Assembly (NCBI GenBank): GCA_951406725.2
Contig: OX597830.1
Coordinates: 40,982,001 to 41,046,000, forward strand
From: Octopus vulgaris
Taxonomy: Eukaryota
DNA: 64,000 nt
Direction: 5' to 3'
In this document: one piece after another, positions 24,731 through 37,659 of the stretch
Numbering within the stretch: the first letter of the stretch is position 1
Layout: each line of letters opens with the position of its first letter
Notes under the pieces: model-generated
Told to the model about the DNA's origin: nothing
Databases searched by the model: none
What the model saw: only the letters and a program-made list of their open reading frames with translations
Program-made: the position numbers and the translations under genes

Positions 24731-26059
24731 TATTATATATATATATATATTGCTTCAAACTGATCCTTTTATTTAGTTTGTCTACTTCATATATTCTCCA
24801 AACATTAATATTAGTTTATTGAGCACTGTTGTAGTCTCTTGCCTTAGAATGCATTTCTTAACGTATTCTGAAAAATGATATATAAATTGATATATGCTCG
24901 AGTTGATAAATGAATATATATGTATGTGTGCGAGTGCACACGTGTATGCTTAGGTACACTTATTACTGTGTATGTATCCATGTGTCTAAAGTAAACACAC
25001 ACATGCAGATATACCATGTTTCATAGCTTGATATTACTTGCCCGCCAACTGCACCATCATCGTTCAGATAAAATTATACGTTAACAATAAAACTATTATC
25101 ACAAGTTTGTTGCTGTATCTTTTTTTTGTATTTTAACCCAAAACATGATTTCTAAACCTAATTCCTACACATGTAACTGTTGCCTTCCTATTTTCCTCTC
25201 TTATAAACACATTCGGTAATGCAATCGGTAAATCTGTACTTTCAGGGATATTTGGCTTACTATATTTATAATGTAATTTGTATTGTCTACAAATCTTGTG
25301 TAGTAGTTTCACTTACAACATACAGACCATGCATACAATAGATAGTTATGTTTTTTATTTATTTTATATATGTTTATAATGTTAGCAAAACTGCAATAAT
25401 CTGATAAACACTGTCTCTTGGTTATGCATTATTTTTGGTTCTACACTGTTTAAAATATTGTAGTTGTGGTGTTTCTCTATCTTTTTTTCCTTCTTCCCTC
25501 TTTCTTCTTATTTTTCGTTTCACTTTGGTGCAAAGTTTTTGTTTCTTAGCAATGAGGAAAGTTAATACGAAATAATAAGTTTTTTTTTTTTACTTTGCAA
25601 TCTTCCAATTCCTCTCCCAGCAATCCTGTTGGGTCTTGTGACAGTGGTTTGTGAAATTATATTTTTACCTTTTTTTTTTTTTATTTAGTATTGCCAATAC
25701 TGCAGCAGCAGCAGCAATATCTCAAGAAACTACAAACAAAATAATTATTTTATTGTTTTTTTTTGTTCTTTTTTTTTGATATGTTGTGATTTCTTTTTTA
25801 AATTCTCCCTTTTAGGAAAAAAAAAAAAAAAAAAATCAAAAATTGATTTTTAGTGTTAAAAACAAAAAAAATGTTTAAAAAATGATAAATTACTAGGTGA
25901 GAAGATGAATACACAAACATTTTTTTGGTTTATATAGCTGCGAAAGTAGAGTGGGGAAACTTAGCACTTCACACTTCTTAACTCCATGTTGGAATCTTGA
26001 GAGGATTGACTTTGCTTTGTATTTTTCTGCATCAACGATACGCTTTGGTCAATTCAGGC

Positions 26060-26210
26060 TGCAAGGGTAGCATTTGCTTGTTGTTTGCTCTGTAGCCCCA
26101 TGGTTCTGCTTCAGTCCTGCTGTATGATATCCCTGACAAGTGTCTTCTACTATGGTTCCAAACAGACCAGTGCCTTGTGAGTGAAATTGGTAGACAGAAA
26201 TTGTTGGTAA
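26060..26210 (+). mobile_element. SINE-B head, diverged
   Basis: caagtgtcttctactatgg...gccttgtgagtgaaattggtagacagaaa. Confidence 0.7.
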
Positions 26211-26217
26211 CCCACCC

Positions 26218-26715
26218 ATTCATCATCATCATCATCATCGTCATCATCATCATCATTTAATGTCCGCTTTCCATGCTAACATGGGTTGGACGATTTGACT
26301 GAGGGCTGGCAAACTAGATGGCTGCACCAGATGGCTGCACCAGACTCCAATCTGATCTGGCAGAGTTTCTACAGCTGGATGCTCTTCCTAACACCTACCA
26401 CTCTGAGAGTGTAGTGGGTGCTTTTATGTGCCACCGGCATGAGGGCCAGTCAGGTGGTACTGGCAACGGCTACGCTCATCATCATCATCTCCATTTAATG
26501 GCTGTTGTCCATGCTGGCATGAGTTGGATGGTGTAATCAGAGCTGACAAGCTGGTGAGCTGCACCAGGCTCCACTCTGATTTGGTATGGTTTCTATGGCT
26601 GGATACCCTTCCTAACACCAACCACCTTACAGAGTGTGCTTGATGTTTTTATGTGGCACCACATAGACGCTTTTTACATGGCACTGCATGGGTGTTTCTA
26701 TGTGGCACCGCTTTT
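26218..26715 (-). mobile_element. Two tandem SINE-C copies
   Basis: (CAT)n tails at 26218 and 26476, each followed by ccatgct..catgggttgga and ctggat.c.cttcctaac. Confidence 0.88.
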
Positions 26716-26799
26716 ACTGTATCGTCAAATAGCTAAGTGATGGACTCTCCCACCAACGACAAAGGAGGAGCATTCAGCTTTTGCCAAACGACCTATGTA

Positions 26800-27030
26800 A
26801 ATGTCTTGTTTATAGTGATCAAATGCATGTGTTGTTCATTAACTCACTCTCTCCATCAAATCTGAACAGGAGCACAGTGTAGCATGCATGAAATGTTGAA
26901 ATGATTGCAGAGTAACATGAAATGAAGTGTTTTGCTCAAGAACATAATGCATCACCCAGTCTAGGAATTGAAACTATGATCCCGCAATCATGATTGCAAA
27001 CCCTAATCACTAGGCCATGTGCCCTCACAT
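26800..27030 (-). mobile_element. SINE-D-type element (tRNA-like head)
   Basis: aaatgaagtgttttgctcaagaaca...ggaattgaaac...cactaggccat is the reverse complement of the SINE-D head. Confidence 0.65.
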
Positions 27031-27544
27031 ACATCGATATGGTATATATACCATATATCTACCTGAGGGTCTCTGAAATCCCTTCACCACTGTTTTATCT
27101 CTTTCCAGCTCCAACTTTGTTTTGTGAGTTTGATTTTGTTTAGCCATTACTTTCACCTGTTTCTTGTACCTCTGATTTCTCTGCTTATAGTTAGTTCTTT
27201 AGTGAACTAACTATAGGCAGAATTCTTTAGAGCTCTGCTTGACTCATTTTCATGCCATATTACCTGTGGATGCAAGCATAACTGAGTGATTCGGATGTTT
27301 GCTTTTCTGTTGTGAGATCTCAGAGTATTTTATAATATTTTAATGATTTTTATAAAGCTGCAGCTTGCTCTAAGCTTTGTGAGTGAAATTAGGTTGATGG
27401 AAACTGTGTGGAATCCCATTAGATTATACTTATAATTCAGAGTTCAGCTTAGTCATGTATTGTCACACTGATTAGGTATAGTGATTACATTAAGATGTTT
27501 GTGGAGTACTCAGCCACTGTCAAGGAATTACACTAGGAATTGCA

Positions 27545-27770
27545 TTAACCCTTTAGCATTTAAGCTGGCCATATCCAATCCAAATATTTTTCACCTGTTT
27601 TGTGGTCAAACTGGCCAGTTCTGGTCACACATATCTACCCTAGAATGTCATTCTAAAAATAGACAACCATGTTATTGAAATCTCGAAGCTATGGGATAAT
27701 GCCGGATTAATTCAAAACAATGTGAATAAGTGTTACACTTGACAGAGTAATCTTTCTGTTAAAGGGTTAA
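27545..27770 (+). mobile_element. Second TTAA MITE family
   Basis: ttaaccctttagca...tgttaaagggttaa; inverted relative at 47535-48155. Confidence 0.8.
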
Positions 27771-27982
27771 GGCATATCTGTGGATATGTACTCAACCATG
27801 TACACATTAGCTTACTGAGTTAGATACTCAGTCGATCAAACAGCTGAATGTTCATCATCAAAGCCAATGGAGGTTCCATCACCTGAGGATGAAATATATT
27901 GGTCTTCGCCCAGTGAAGCAGTAATAATTAACGAACATTTTCAATTCAGTTCTTTGGGGTCCATGTAAAGGAGTTTCTGTGA

Positions 27983-28205
27983 TTCATCATCATTTAACAT
28001 CACTTTTTCTAATGCTGGCATGGGTTGGACGGTTTGACAAGAGCAGATGAGCCATAGGGCTCCACAAGATTCCATGTCTGTTTTGGTGTAGCTTCTATAG
28101 ATGGATGCCCTTCCTAATACTAACCACTTAAAATGTACTGGATGCTTTTTCTCTAGCACCAGGACTGCTGATATTGCTGAGTACCTGCAAGATAGGAGTC
28201 CTCAA
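27983..28205 (-). mobile_element. SINE-C
   Basis: (CAT)n tail, gcatgggttggacggtttgac, ggatgcccttcctaat. Confidence 0.82.
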
Positions 28206-28471
28206 TTGTGCAGAGTATAGACAGGAGAAAGAAATTATGGTTGAAAATATTAATTAATACCAACCATTTTGCCTTGAATTATGTAATTGTTTCTCATATC
28301 CTTTTATTCTCAAAATGGGCAATAACTAAAAACTTGCTGCTAGACTCTTGTAGACAGAATTAATTATGACTGGATGAGGTTAGGTGTTTGGTTTAAACTA
28401 TTATAGATTATTAATTGAAGGGGAAAAAATGTGAGTGAGCATATTGCTACAGAGAGATGCTTTTACTGGAT

Positions 28472-28896
28472 TTTATTCTTTTATTCTTATATTTGTTTCA
28501 GTCATTTGGCTGTGGCCATGCTGGAGCACCACCTTTAATCAAGCAAATTGACCCCAGGACTTATTCTTTGTAAGCCTAATACTTATTCTATCAGACTCTT
28601 TTGCCGAACCACTAAGTTACAGGGACGTAAATATGCCAGCATCAGTTGTCAAGTAATGTTGGTGGTGGTGGTGGTGGTGGTGGTGGTGGGGGGGGGGAAC
28701 AAACACAGACACATACACACACACATATATATATCAGGTTTCTTTCAGTTTCTGTCTATCAAATCCACTCACAAGGCTTTGGGTGGCCTGAAGCTATAGT
28801 AGAAGACACTTGCCCAAAGTATCATGCAGTGGGATGAACCCAGCACCATGTGGTAGATAAGCAAGTCACTTACCACACAGCCACTCCTGTGCCTAT
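28472..28896 (-). mobile_element. SINE-B, full length, with internal (GGT)n expansion
   Basis: Reverse complement of the 18085 and 22986 copies. Confidence 0.88.
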
Positions 28897-29354
28897 TGAT
28901 ACTTTTTCTTTTTTTTAAACACACACACACACACACATACTGTCAATTCGCTAGAATTCCCTATGACTATTATGGTTATCTTTGGGAATTCTTGTGATTT
29001 CTTGTATCAGGAGATAAATCAATTCACAGTAGACATTAGTCACTGGAGGATTGGTAATGTTGGTTGAAATTTTCATATTAGGTCAATTTGAAATCTAATT
29101 CTTGCACACACACGCACACACATGTATACTTGTGGGTTGCGTTGTCAGTTATGGCTATTTAGTAACATTTACAACATACTGCTCAATGTTGTTCATGATT
29201 AAGAATAGTCAAAGCATTAATATATAATGAAATCAAAAAGATTTATTGCAATAAATATGATAAATCTTAGTTTTATTATCAAATATGAAACAGGAATGGT
29301 ATAATGTTGTCCTCCAAGACCCTGGTTTCTTTACTAATATTTATTCTTATTCTG

Positions 29355-29575
29355 AGGTGGCCATCTGGCAGAATTGTTACTACTCTAGGCAAAATGCTTA
29401 GTGGCACTTCGTTTGTTTTCCTGTTTTGAGTTCAAATTCCACTGAGGTTTTCATCTTTGCATTTCATCCTTTTGGGGTCAATAAAAATAAGTACCAACTG
29501 ACTACTGGGGTCGATGTAATCATCTTATCCTCACTTCTGAAATTGTTAGCCTTGTACCAAAGTTTGAAACCAGTA
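29355..29575 (+). mobile_element. SINE-A
   Basis: Head, B-box-like gagttcaaattcc, core and 3' end present. Confidence 0.82.
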
Positions 29576-31536
29576 TTTATTCTTACTCTCTGACCCAATC
29601 TCTTGGTTGTAACCATCTTAAACACTGCCCAAACATGATCTTATATATGATACACATTGCATAAAGAAGTGATATGGTATTAGGCTCCCAGTTTGGAGGT
29701 CATCAGTTCAGATCTATTGTAATTGTTTTGTTGTGTGTTACTTTATCACACATTCATTTTTGTTTCATTTCCCCCCTCCCCTTTTTATGATATAGTTTTA
29801 GTAGGTGGATGGAGTTGTGCCTCTGCCTCTATCCTTTCCTGGTTATTGAGATGTTATGAATAGGTATGATATCTTTCTGGGTGTGTTATCTGCATCAGAG
29901 CAGAAACCTGTTGAAAGGAAGATTTATTTAATGCCATGAAACCAAAGCTAAAAAGCTACTACTATCAAGCCCTTTGGGTTTGCTGGAAGGATTTATAGCG
30001 GAAAGAGTCATGAAGTATCATTTATGTATTTCTTATATATTGAGTAAAATAAAAAGTAATGCCATCAGGTAACTTTATATTATCTGAAAGTATTTTCCAA
30101 TGTTAGAAAAAAAAAAAAAGAGAGAAAAAAGGATACTAATGCTAGCAATGTTTAAGTTCTTTGGAATATTTTTGAAGATTTCTTGAGTCTTTTGTTGTTT
30201 ATTTCCTTAATCTGGTAAATCTATAATGCTTTCATATAATCCTCCACTTTGAGCAATTCCATTATTTTTATTGTTCAGGGTGAGATATTCTGTCAGTCAG
30301 CATTTTAGTTTTCCATTGTGTAGCGAAACATTTTTGATTGGATACCACATTGAATATTACATGACAGAATATCAAATTTTTCACAAGAAACTGCTAAGTA
30401 ATTTTGGTTTTATTTTCTAAAACAAACGATGAAAGTATTCAGTTTTTATTTATTTGTACATTATTATTTACATATATTATTTATATATCTGTATAAGTTA
30501 TTATTCATTTATAAATTTATCTCTGTTTATTAACAAAACTTTGCAGTCATCATTCACATCTTTTCCATTCACTGATCAATGTTTAAACATGCAATATATC
30601 CTGTTATTTTTCAATTTTTGTCTACTTATTATATATAATATTGATATTTATACCATCCAGATTAATAGATCTATTTCAGCTTGTATTACCAATCAGTTTC
30701 ATACTTGACAATTTTGGGGAACCAATCTCGACAGTCATCAGAGGGGTTGGTAGGAAGGTTTGTGGGTATCAAAAATCTGGAATGGAAAAGAACCTGTGGG
30801 GAAAACCTAGAGAGGAAATTCTTTGTTTACTAGTCATGCTTGTTGGATAAGAATAATACAGCACCATCATGGTGTGTGAAGTAAATGCCTGTAGAGTAGG
30901 GTTGAGGTTGAGGTGTCGGCAGGATGGAGTTGATGTGTGTTTACTGAAGTGGGGAGTGGAGAAGGAGAAGAACTACTCTTAAAATCACATGTAGCCATGT
31001 ATGCACATGTGTGTGTATTTTTGTATTAAGCTGGGTGTGACACACCTTATGCTGAACCCCTAGATTGTGGTTATGGGAAGTACTGATGGTGGAAGCTTTA
31101 ACATTTGTACTAATTGCATTCTGCCAATATTCAAGTACACATCTCTGCCAGTGAGGGCAGGGTTGGATAATTTTTGCTTTTAGTTTTGGTAGATATCTGG
31201 GTGAACAGAGTTCTGTAACATAATTCTTTTCTCTACTAAGCACAGTCTACACCTTTAGTCATTGAAGGTTTACATTTCTCCTGTACTTTTTACTAGGAAC
31301 ACAGCTAAAAGAAACTCTTAACATTTTTCTGTACTTATGCATTTGGGGGAAATGTTTATCTATTAAGCAAAGAAACATCTACCAGAAAGTTTTGTGATTC
31401 ACATCTCAATTCTCCTTGAATGTAACAACTTATGTAGGTAGGATTGGCTGAAATGGATCTATAAAATATACAATCAACATTTTTTTCCCTGACTGATGGA
31501 TTCTTAGATGACTATATATGTATGTATGTATATATA

Positions 31537-32377
31537 CAGGGTGCGATGGGTAAATTGTTGCCATTTTATGTCTTTAATTTCGTGCATGTGCATTGTGTGT
31601 TTTTGATTTTGTTGACTACACAGTATAGTAGAGTCAGTTGGGCACCGTCGGTGAGAAAAACAGCACCATGATGCAATTCACTCTGCCAGAAATTTGGAAA
31701 TGACATATTATACTTTTTGGCATTTGTACCAGAAGCTCCAATATGAGCATGTACCAATACTAACATGTACCAAGAGTGATAAAAATCAAATATCCATTCA
31801 ACATCATGGCGTTTGGAGTGATCACTAGTGATAGCTATGTTATGCATCCATTCGTCTTCCCACATGACCTCAGACTCAACGCGGAGGCCTACATCAAGTG
31901 CTTGGAAGAGGTAATGCTGCCCTGGGTCAAGAGGGTGGCTTCTAGAAGAACCTATGTGTGGCAACATTACTCTGCACCATGCCACACAAGCAAAAGCTAG
32001 TTATGGCTGTCAGACAATTTCTGCAACCACATCACCCCTAACATCTGGCCACCCAACTCCCCAGACTGCAACCTCCTTGATTATTATGTGTGACACACAG
32101 TTAAGTGGGAGACCAACTAAACACCAAAGATGAATTGAAGGCAAGGATTATGGTAGCATTCACCCACTTAAACAAGGAAACCATTTAGAGTTGCAGGAGA
32201 TTCTGAAGTTGTCTGGTGGTCATGGTTGAAGCCAATGGGGATTTTATTGAATAGATTTACTCTTTCGCATTCCAAGATATTTTTATTAAATTTTGGTAAA
32301 TATATCTGTTAAAATGAGATGTCAGTGTTATTTTCATTTTTACGTAATTTAGATGATAGTTTAGTCACCGTACTTTG
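31537..32377 (+). mobile_element. Internally deleted Tc1/mariner transposon (DD37D/maT-like)
   Basis: TA-cagggtgcgatgggtaaattgttgccat left TIR; degenerate right TIR atgatagtttagtcaccgtactttg; lies within TA-rich microsatellite. Confidence 0.85.
31776..32245 (+). pseudogene. Transposase catalytic-domain remnant
   Basis: IMAFGVITSD...AYIKCLEEVMLPW...YVWQHYSAPCHTS (from QQDSAPxH)...WPPNSPDCNLLDYYV; third catalytic residue is D; in-frame stops. Confidence 0.85.
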
Positions 32378-32440
<63 letters not shown>

Positions 32441-33334
32441 GTTTGTGTGTGTTTGTGTATATATATGAGAGAGTGAGTAATTGTGTCTAGGGCTTTACAA
32501 TTGTTGGTAACCTCAGTGAATTCCGACTTTCTTATATTTACTGACTTTTTTTACTACTCTGAGTTCAACATATTTATCCATACAGAAACTCACCCCCTCA
32601 AGGACATCTGTTTAGTCAATTATGATGTAGTTAAGTTTAGTAGTGATATTGGTCTTAGACTATTGATTGATTCTACTGTTTATTGATTGTTGTGTGTATA
32701 GCTGCTTTGATCTTGTTAGTGTACTACATTACCATGGAATTTATCAATTATGGAAGTTGTCTTCCATAATTATTGCTGATCATTGTTCTTTTTCTGCGTG
32801 TGAAATTCTGTATTCCTTAATTTCGATTTTTGTCATTGTGTCACAAATTTACACTTGTACATTCAAAGCCACTTCACAAGTCCATGAGGAAGGCTGGCTC
32901 TGTATAGTTACTTGACCCGCTAGAAATAGCCATCAAATCATACTGTCGTCACATCACCATACAAGTCTTAAATACACAAAGATACATTGTACAGTGTAGT
33001 TCTTGATATATAAAACTGAAGAAGTTGGAATGGCCATGGTTAGAGTGCATTTTGATCATAGGTCCGCTCAGTCAGGGCTGATTAGCAACAATATGCTTCT
33101 TCACAAAATGCTACATTCTACTGAAGCATATTTTTAATGCTAAAAGCAGGTTTAGTCAATGCAGATCATATTCATGGAATAACCATGGAGAATGATTTTA
33201 GTTGAGAAACTTTAGTGTTGAATTTGAAATTTCTTTCTCATAATTTTAGCAATATTACACACACGCACGCACGCACGCGCGCGCGTGCGCGCACACACAC
33301 ACACACACGTCGTTGAAAACCCACCCACACTCAT

Positions 33335-33496
33335 ATATGATAGGCTTCCATTCAGATTCTAATTACCAAATTCACTCACAAGCCATTGGTTGGCCTGGGG
33401 CTATAGTGGAAGACACTTGGCAATGATGTTGTGCTGTGGGATTGAACCAGAAATATGTGGTTACAAAGCAAGCATCTTAACCACACAGCCATGTCT
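33335..33496 (-). mobile_element. SINE-B head
   Basis: ctatagtggaagacacttg...cttaaccacacagccat. Confidence 0.8.
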
Positions 33497-34026
33497 CCCA
33501 TTTCGTTAAAAAAGAAATAATTATAAGATGGCATTGAAAGCTGTATGAGCCACAATAAACCATAATCACACTGACGGTTTTTAACCTAGTTAATATGTGG
33601 TAGGTACTATGTAATATGTGATTTTTCTTTCATAGACTAACCGCTTTGTGTACTCTTAAAATGGTGTTTCTTTATTTGCAATATTTCCTTTTTAAGCTGT
33701 CATCATTTTCAAGTCTAAATGAAGCCAAGTTAAAAGGATGTAACTCTTTTCTTCTGAAAATAAAAACTGTCCTAGGAGACATCAGTAAATGTTATACACT
33801 CCTTCTTTTTATCTTCAACTCTAGAATTCACATGAGGGTCCTGTTGAGATTAAAAAACAAATGGTAACTCCCTCATTGTCAGGCTGTCATATCACAATTG
33901 CTTCAACTCCTCTTCATGTCAACACGAACAGGATAAAATATAAACTTCTGTAACATGTGTTTGGTAAATTCACTATAGATTTGTAGATAAGGCAGAAACA
34001 GGAATATGAATGAGTATGTGTGTATG

Positions 34027-34064
<38 letters not shown>

Positions 34065-34232
34065 CTGCAAAATGATAAACAACTAGTTAGAATTGATGTC
34101 CTTTTTTTTCCTTTTAATATTGTAGCCATTATAGTCATTGTATGAAATTTTTATGGTGTAACATGTATATATTACACTTATCTCATGTGTTTGTTATAAT
34201 GTACCATATATGTGTGTGTGTGTGTATATATA

Positions 34233-34597
34233 TCATCATCATCATCATCATCATCGTTTAACATCTGTTTTCCATGCTAGCATAGGTTGGACGGTTCGAC
34301 CGGGGTCTGGGAGGCCAGGAGGCGATGCCAGACTGATCTGGCAGTGTTTCTACAGCTGGATGCCCCTCCTAACGCCAACCACTCCGTGAGTGTAGTGGGT
34401 GCTTTTTACATGCCACCGGCACAGGGGCCAGAGGAGGCTGGCAAACGGCCACAATTGGTCGGTGCTTTTTATGTGTTACCGACACTGATGCCAGTCAGGC
34501 GGCGCTGGCATCAGCCACGTTTGGATGGCACTTTTTACGTCCCACCGGCATGGGTATCTTAACTACAATTTCCATTTGATTTTTTATTTTGATGTTG
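34233..34597 (-). mobile_element. SINE-C with ~60-65 bp internal modules
   Basis: (CAT)n tail, core, three ggtgctttttacatgccaccggca-type units. Confidence 0.88.
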
Positions 34598-35174
34598 ATA
34601 TATATATATATATATATATTATTTATTTGACACATATGTACAATAACAGCAGAGCACTTGGGAGTCACTACCTAGGTGGGCCTGTTTCCCTCAGAATATT
34701 GAGAACTAATGGGTGAAAATGCTTCTTTGGCTGGAGTTCTTCATCTGAAGATTTCTCTTGTTGTTCACTCACCCTATAGCGAGTTTCCGCTCGCTACAAT
34801 AGAGCAATTTACTTGACTTTATTTAATCAGAAATATCCAACTGTTGATAATTGATTCTATTGATGTTTCTGCGGAAGCGGAAACAAGGAATTAGAACATT
34901 CATGCCTTTTCTAAAACACATTAGAGATAAAAATAAGAAAAATAGTTAAAGACACCAATTTGAAAGTAAGGTCACAAATACAACATAACAATTTCTGACC
35001 TAAAAACAATGTCAGCTTGTTGTGCTGACTGTTGACTGGGAGCTTACTGTTTTTTTCCTTTGCTTAGTCAGGAGGTAAGAGCAGTACCAACAATTCTTTA
35101 AAGTAGGGGCCCCATCCACCAGGCTTCAGACTGGTATCAGGCCATGGATCATTTAAGAAAACACATTAAAATGC

Positions 35175-36078
35175 ATAATCATCATTATCATCATCATTTA
35201 ATTTCTGTTGTCCGTGCTGGCATGGGTTAGACGGTTTGACCAGAGCTGGCAAACTGATGGGGCTGCACCAGGCTCTAGTCTGATTTGGCATGGTTTCTAC
35301 TGTTGGATGCCCTTCCTAACACCAACCACTTTACAGAGTGTGCTGGGTGCTTTTATGTCACACTGCGCTGGTGCTTTAACATGGTATCACTTTTATGTGG
35401 TGTCGCACAGGCATTTTTATGTGGCACTGCACAGGTGCTTCCATGTGGGACTGCACTGGCACTTTTATGTGGTATTGCTACAAGTGCTTTACACCACCAG
35501 AGGGACCAGTCTTAACACTTCTGCTGCAAAGTACACGTCTTTTTGAGTAGAGCAAGGTGCCACGCATCTCAGTCCTTTGTCATAGTGCCTGAAAAGTTCA
35601 GTGTCCTGAGGTTGTTCTTCAGTACTTCATCATCATCATCATCATCATCGTTTAACGTCTGCTTTCCATGCTAGCCTGGGTTGGACGATTTGGCTGAGGG
35701 CTGGCGAACCAGATGGCTGGACCAGGCTCCAATCTTGATCTGGCAGAGTTTCTACAGCTGGATGCCCTTCCTAACGCCAACCACTCTGAGAGTGTAGTGG
35801 GTGCTTTTATGTGCCACCGGCATGGGGGCCAGTCAGGCGGTACTGGCAATGACCTCGTTTGAATCTTTTCACACATGCCACCGGCACAGGTGCCAGTAAG
35901 ATGATGCTGGCAATGATCAGACTCGAATGGTGTCTTTTACGTGCCACCGGCACGGAAGCCAGTTAGCCACTCTGGCAATGGTCACGTTCGGATGGTGCTC
36001 TTGGCACCCTACTAGCATGGGGCTCAAGTGCCAGTAAGGCAATGCTGGTAATGATCATACTCGAATGGTGCCTTCACA
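35175..36078 (-). mobile_element. Two SINE-C copies (about 35175-35625 and 35628-36078)
   Basis: Two (CAT)n tails and cores; 24-bp and ~65-bp internal tandem units respectively. Confidence 0.88.
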
Positions 36079-36140
36079 TTGTATATTATACACTTTATTT
36101 CTAATATTATTACCTTGTGATATATATATATAATACAACT

Positions 36141-36800
36141 AAGGCAGCAAGCTGGCAAAATCGTTAGCATGCTGGGCGAAATGCGTAGTGGTATTTCGTC
36201 TGTCTTTATGTTCTGAGTTCAGATTCCGCTGAGGTCGACTTTGCCTTTCATCCTTTTGAGGTCAATAAATTAAGTACCAGTTGCGTAGTAGGGTTGATCT
36301 AATTGACTGGCCCCTCCTTAAAAATTTCGGGCCTTGTGTCCAGAGTAGAAAAGAATAATTAGCACACCAGACAAAATGCTTTGTGGCATTTTGTTTGCTT
36401 CTACATTCTGAGGTCAAATTCTGCTGAGGTCAGTTTTGCCTTTCATCCTTTCGGGGTCGATAAAATAAGTACCAGTTGAACACTGGGGTCAGTGTAACTA
36501 ACTTATTCCCCTCTCTAAATTTGCTGGCCTTGTGCAAAAATTTGAAATCACTATTGTTACATTCTAATACATATAATACAACTAAAGCATTGAGCTGTTA
36601 CAATTGTTAGCACAGCAGGCAAAATGCTCAGCAGAATCTCATCCGTCTTTATGTTCTGGATTCAAATGTCACTGGGGTTGACTTTGTCTTTCCTCCTTTC
36701 AGAGTTCATAAAATAAGTACCAGTTGAGCACTGGGGTCAATGTAACTGATTCATCCTCCTCCCTGAATTTGCTGGCCTTGTGCCAAAATTTGAAACCAAA
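36141..36800 (+). mobile_element. Three head-to-tail SINE-A copies
   Basis: Units at about 36141-36356, 36357-36550 and 36585-36800. Confidence 0.9.
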
Positions 36801-37184
36801 ATAATAAGATTCAAATTTTAAAATTTATCCAATTTATTCTTTCTACATAGCTCCATACCATGTATATCATTACCTTGAATTATGAAAAAATTGTCTTGTA
36901 TGAAACCAGTCTGTGGTGCTTCAAAGAGTGGGGACTGCTGCTTTAAAGGGCCTCCAAGACTGGTGGAAGGGAGAAAGGGAGAAAAATATCTTCAAATCAG
37001 AGACTTAAACGTTTTCAATAGAGTGGATGCTATTGAAGGCACCCATAGACCAGGTGGTGGTATTGAAATGGAGGATAGATTAAGTCTGCTTTCTAAGTAG
37101 GCCACAGTGGAATTTAGAACCGGAGCAAATATTGCAAGATATCCCATTCAAAACTCTTAATAATCTGTCATACCACTGCTGTGG

Positions 37185-37290
37185 ACTGATGCCTTATTTA
37201 TTGACCCCAGGAGAGTGAAAGACAAAGTCGACTTGTGTCAAATTTGAACTCAAAATGCAACAAGCTGAAATAAATACTGCTAGGCATATT
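37185..37290 (-). mobile_element. SINE-A fragment
   Basis: tttattgacccc...tgaaagacaaagtcgac...atttgaactc. Confidence 0.7.
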
Positions 37291-37659
37291 CAACTACCTC
37301 TGGGACTTACTACAAAGACTAGGACATTCTATGTAGGGTTTAAATTAAGTCAAACTCAAAATTTTCCGGATAGTTTTCAAAGTTTTTATCTTTAATTAAG
37401 TCTTTGAAAGGGAGTGGGGAGAGAAATATTTTTAATTAATTTTATTAATTGAAATAAAAGTTTACAATATATTGCAGATTTTATCACATTCATACTTAAT
37501 AGCTAATTAGAATCAGTACTCATCGTGTTGTATATTTAAAATTTTTTTTCTTTTTTGTTGGTGTGATGGAAAATGTTTTTGTTTAACCCTGGGTCATATT
37601 ACCAGCAAACCTATGATAAAAGGTATTGCGGTCTTTTTTTTTTTAGACATCGTATAAAT

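Larger units (their letters stand above)
35104..36940 (+). mobile_element. hAT (Charlie/Buster, MER1-like) non-autonomous element with nested SINEs
   Basis: Exact 8-bp TSD CTTTAAAG at 35096-35103 and 36941-36948; termini taggggccccc... and ...gtggggactgctg. Confidence 0.78.

Noticed and set aside
29796-29869. Exon-like segment with AG|GTATGA donor
   Set aside because: Stops in all three frames; shows that such signals arise by chance here.
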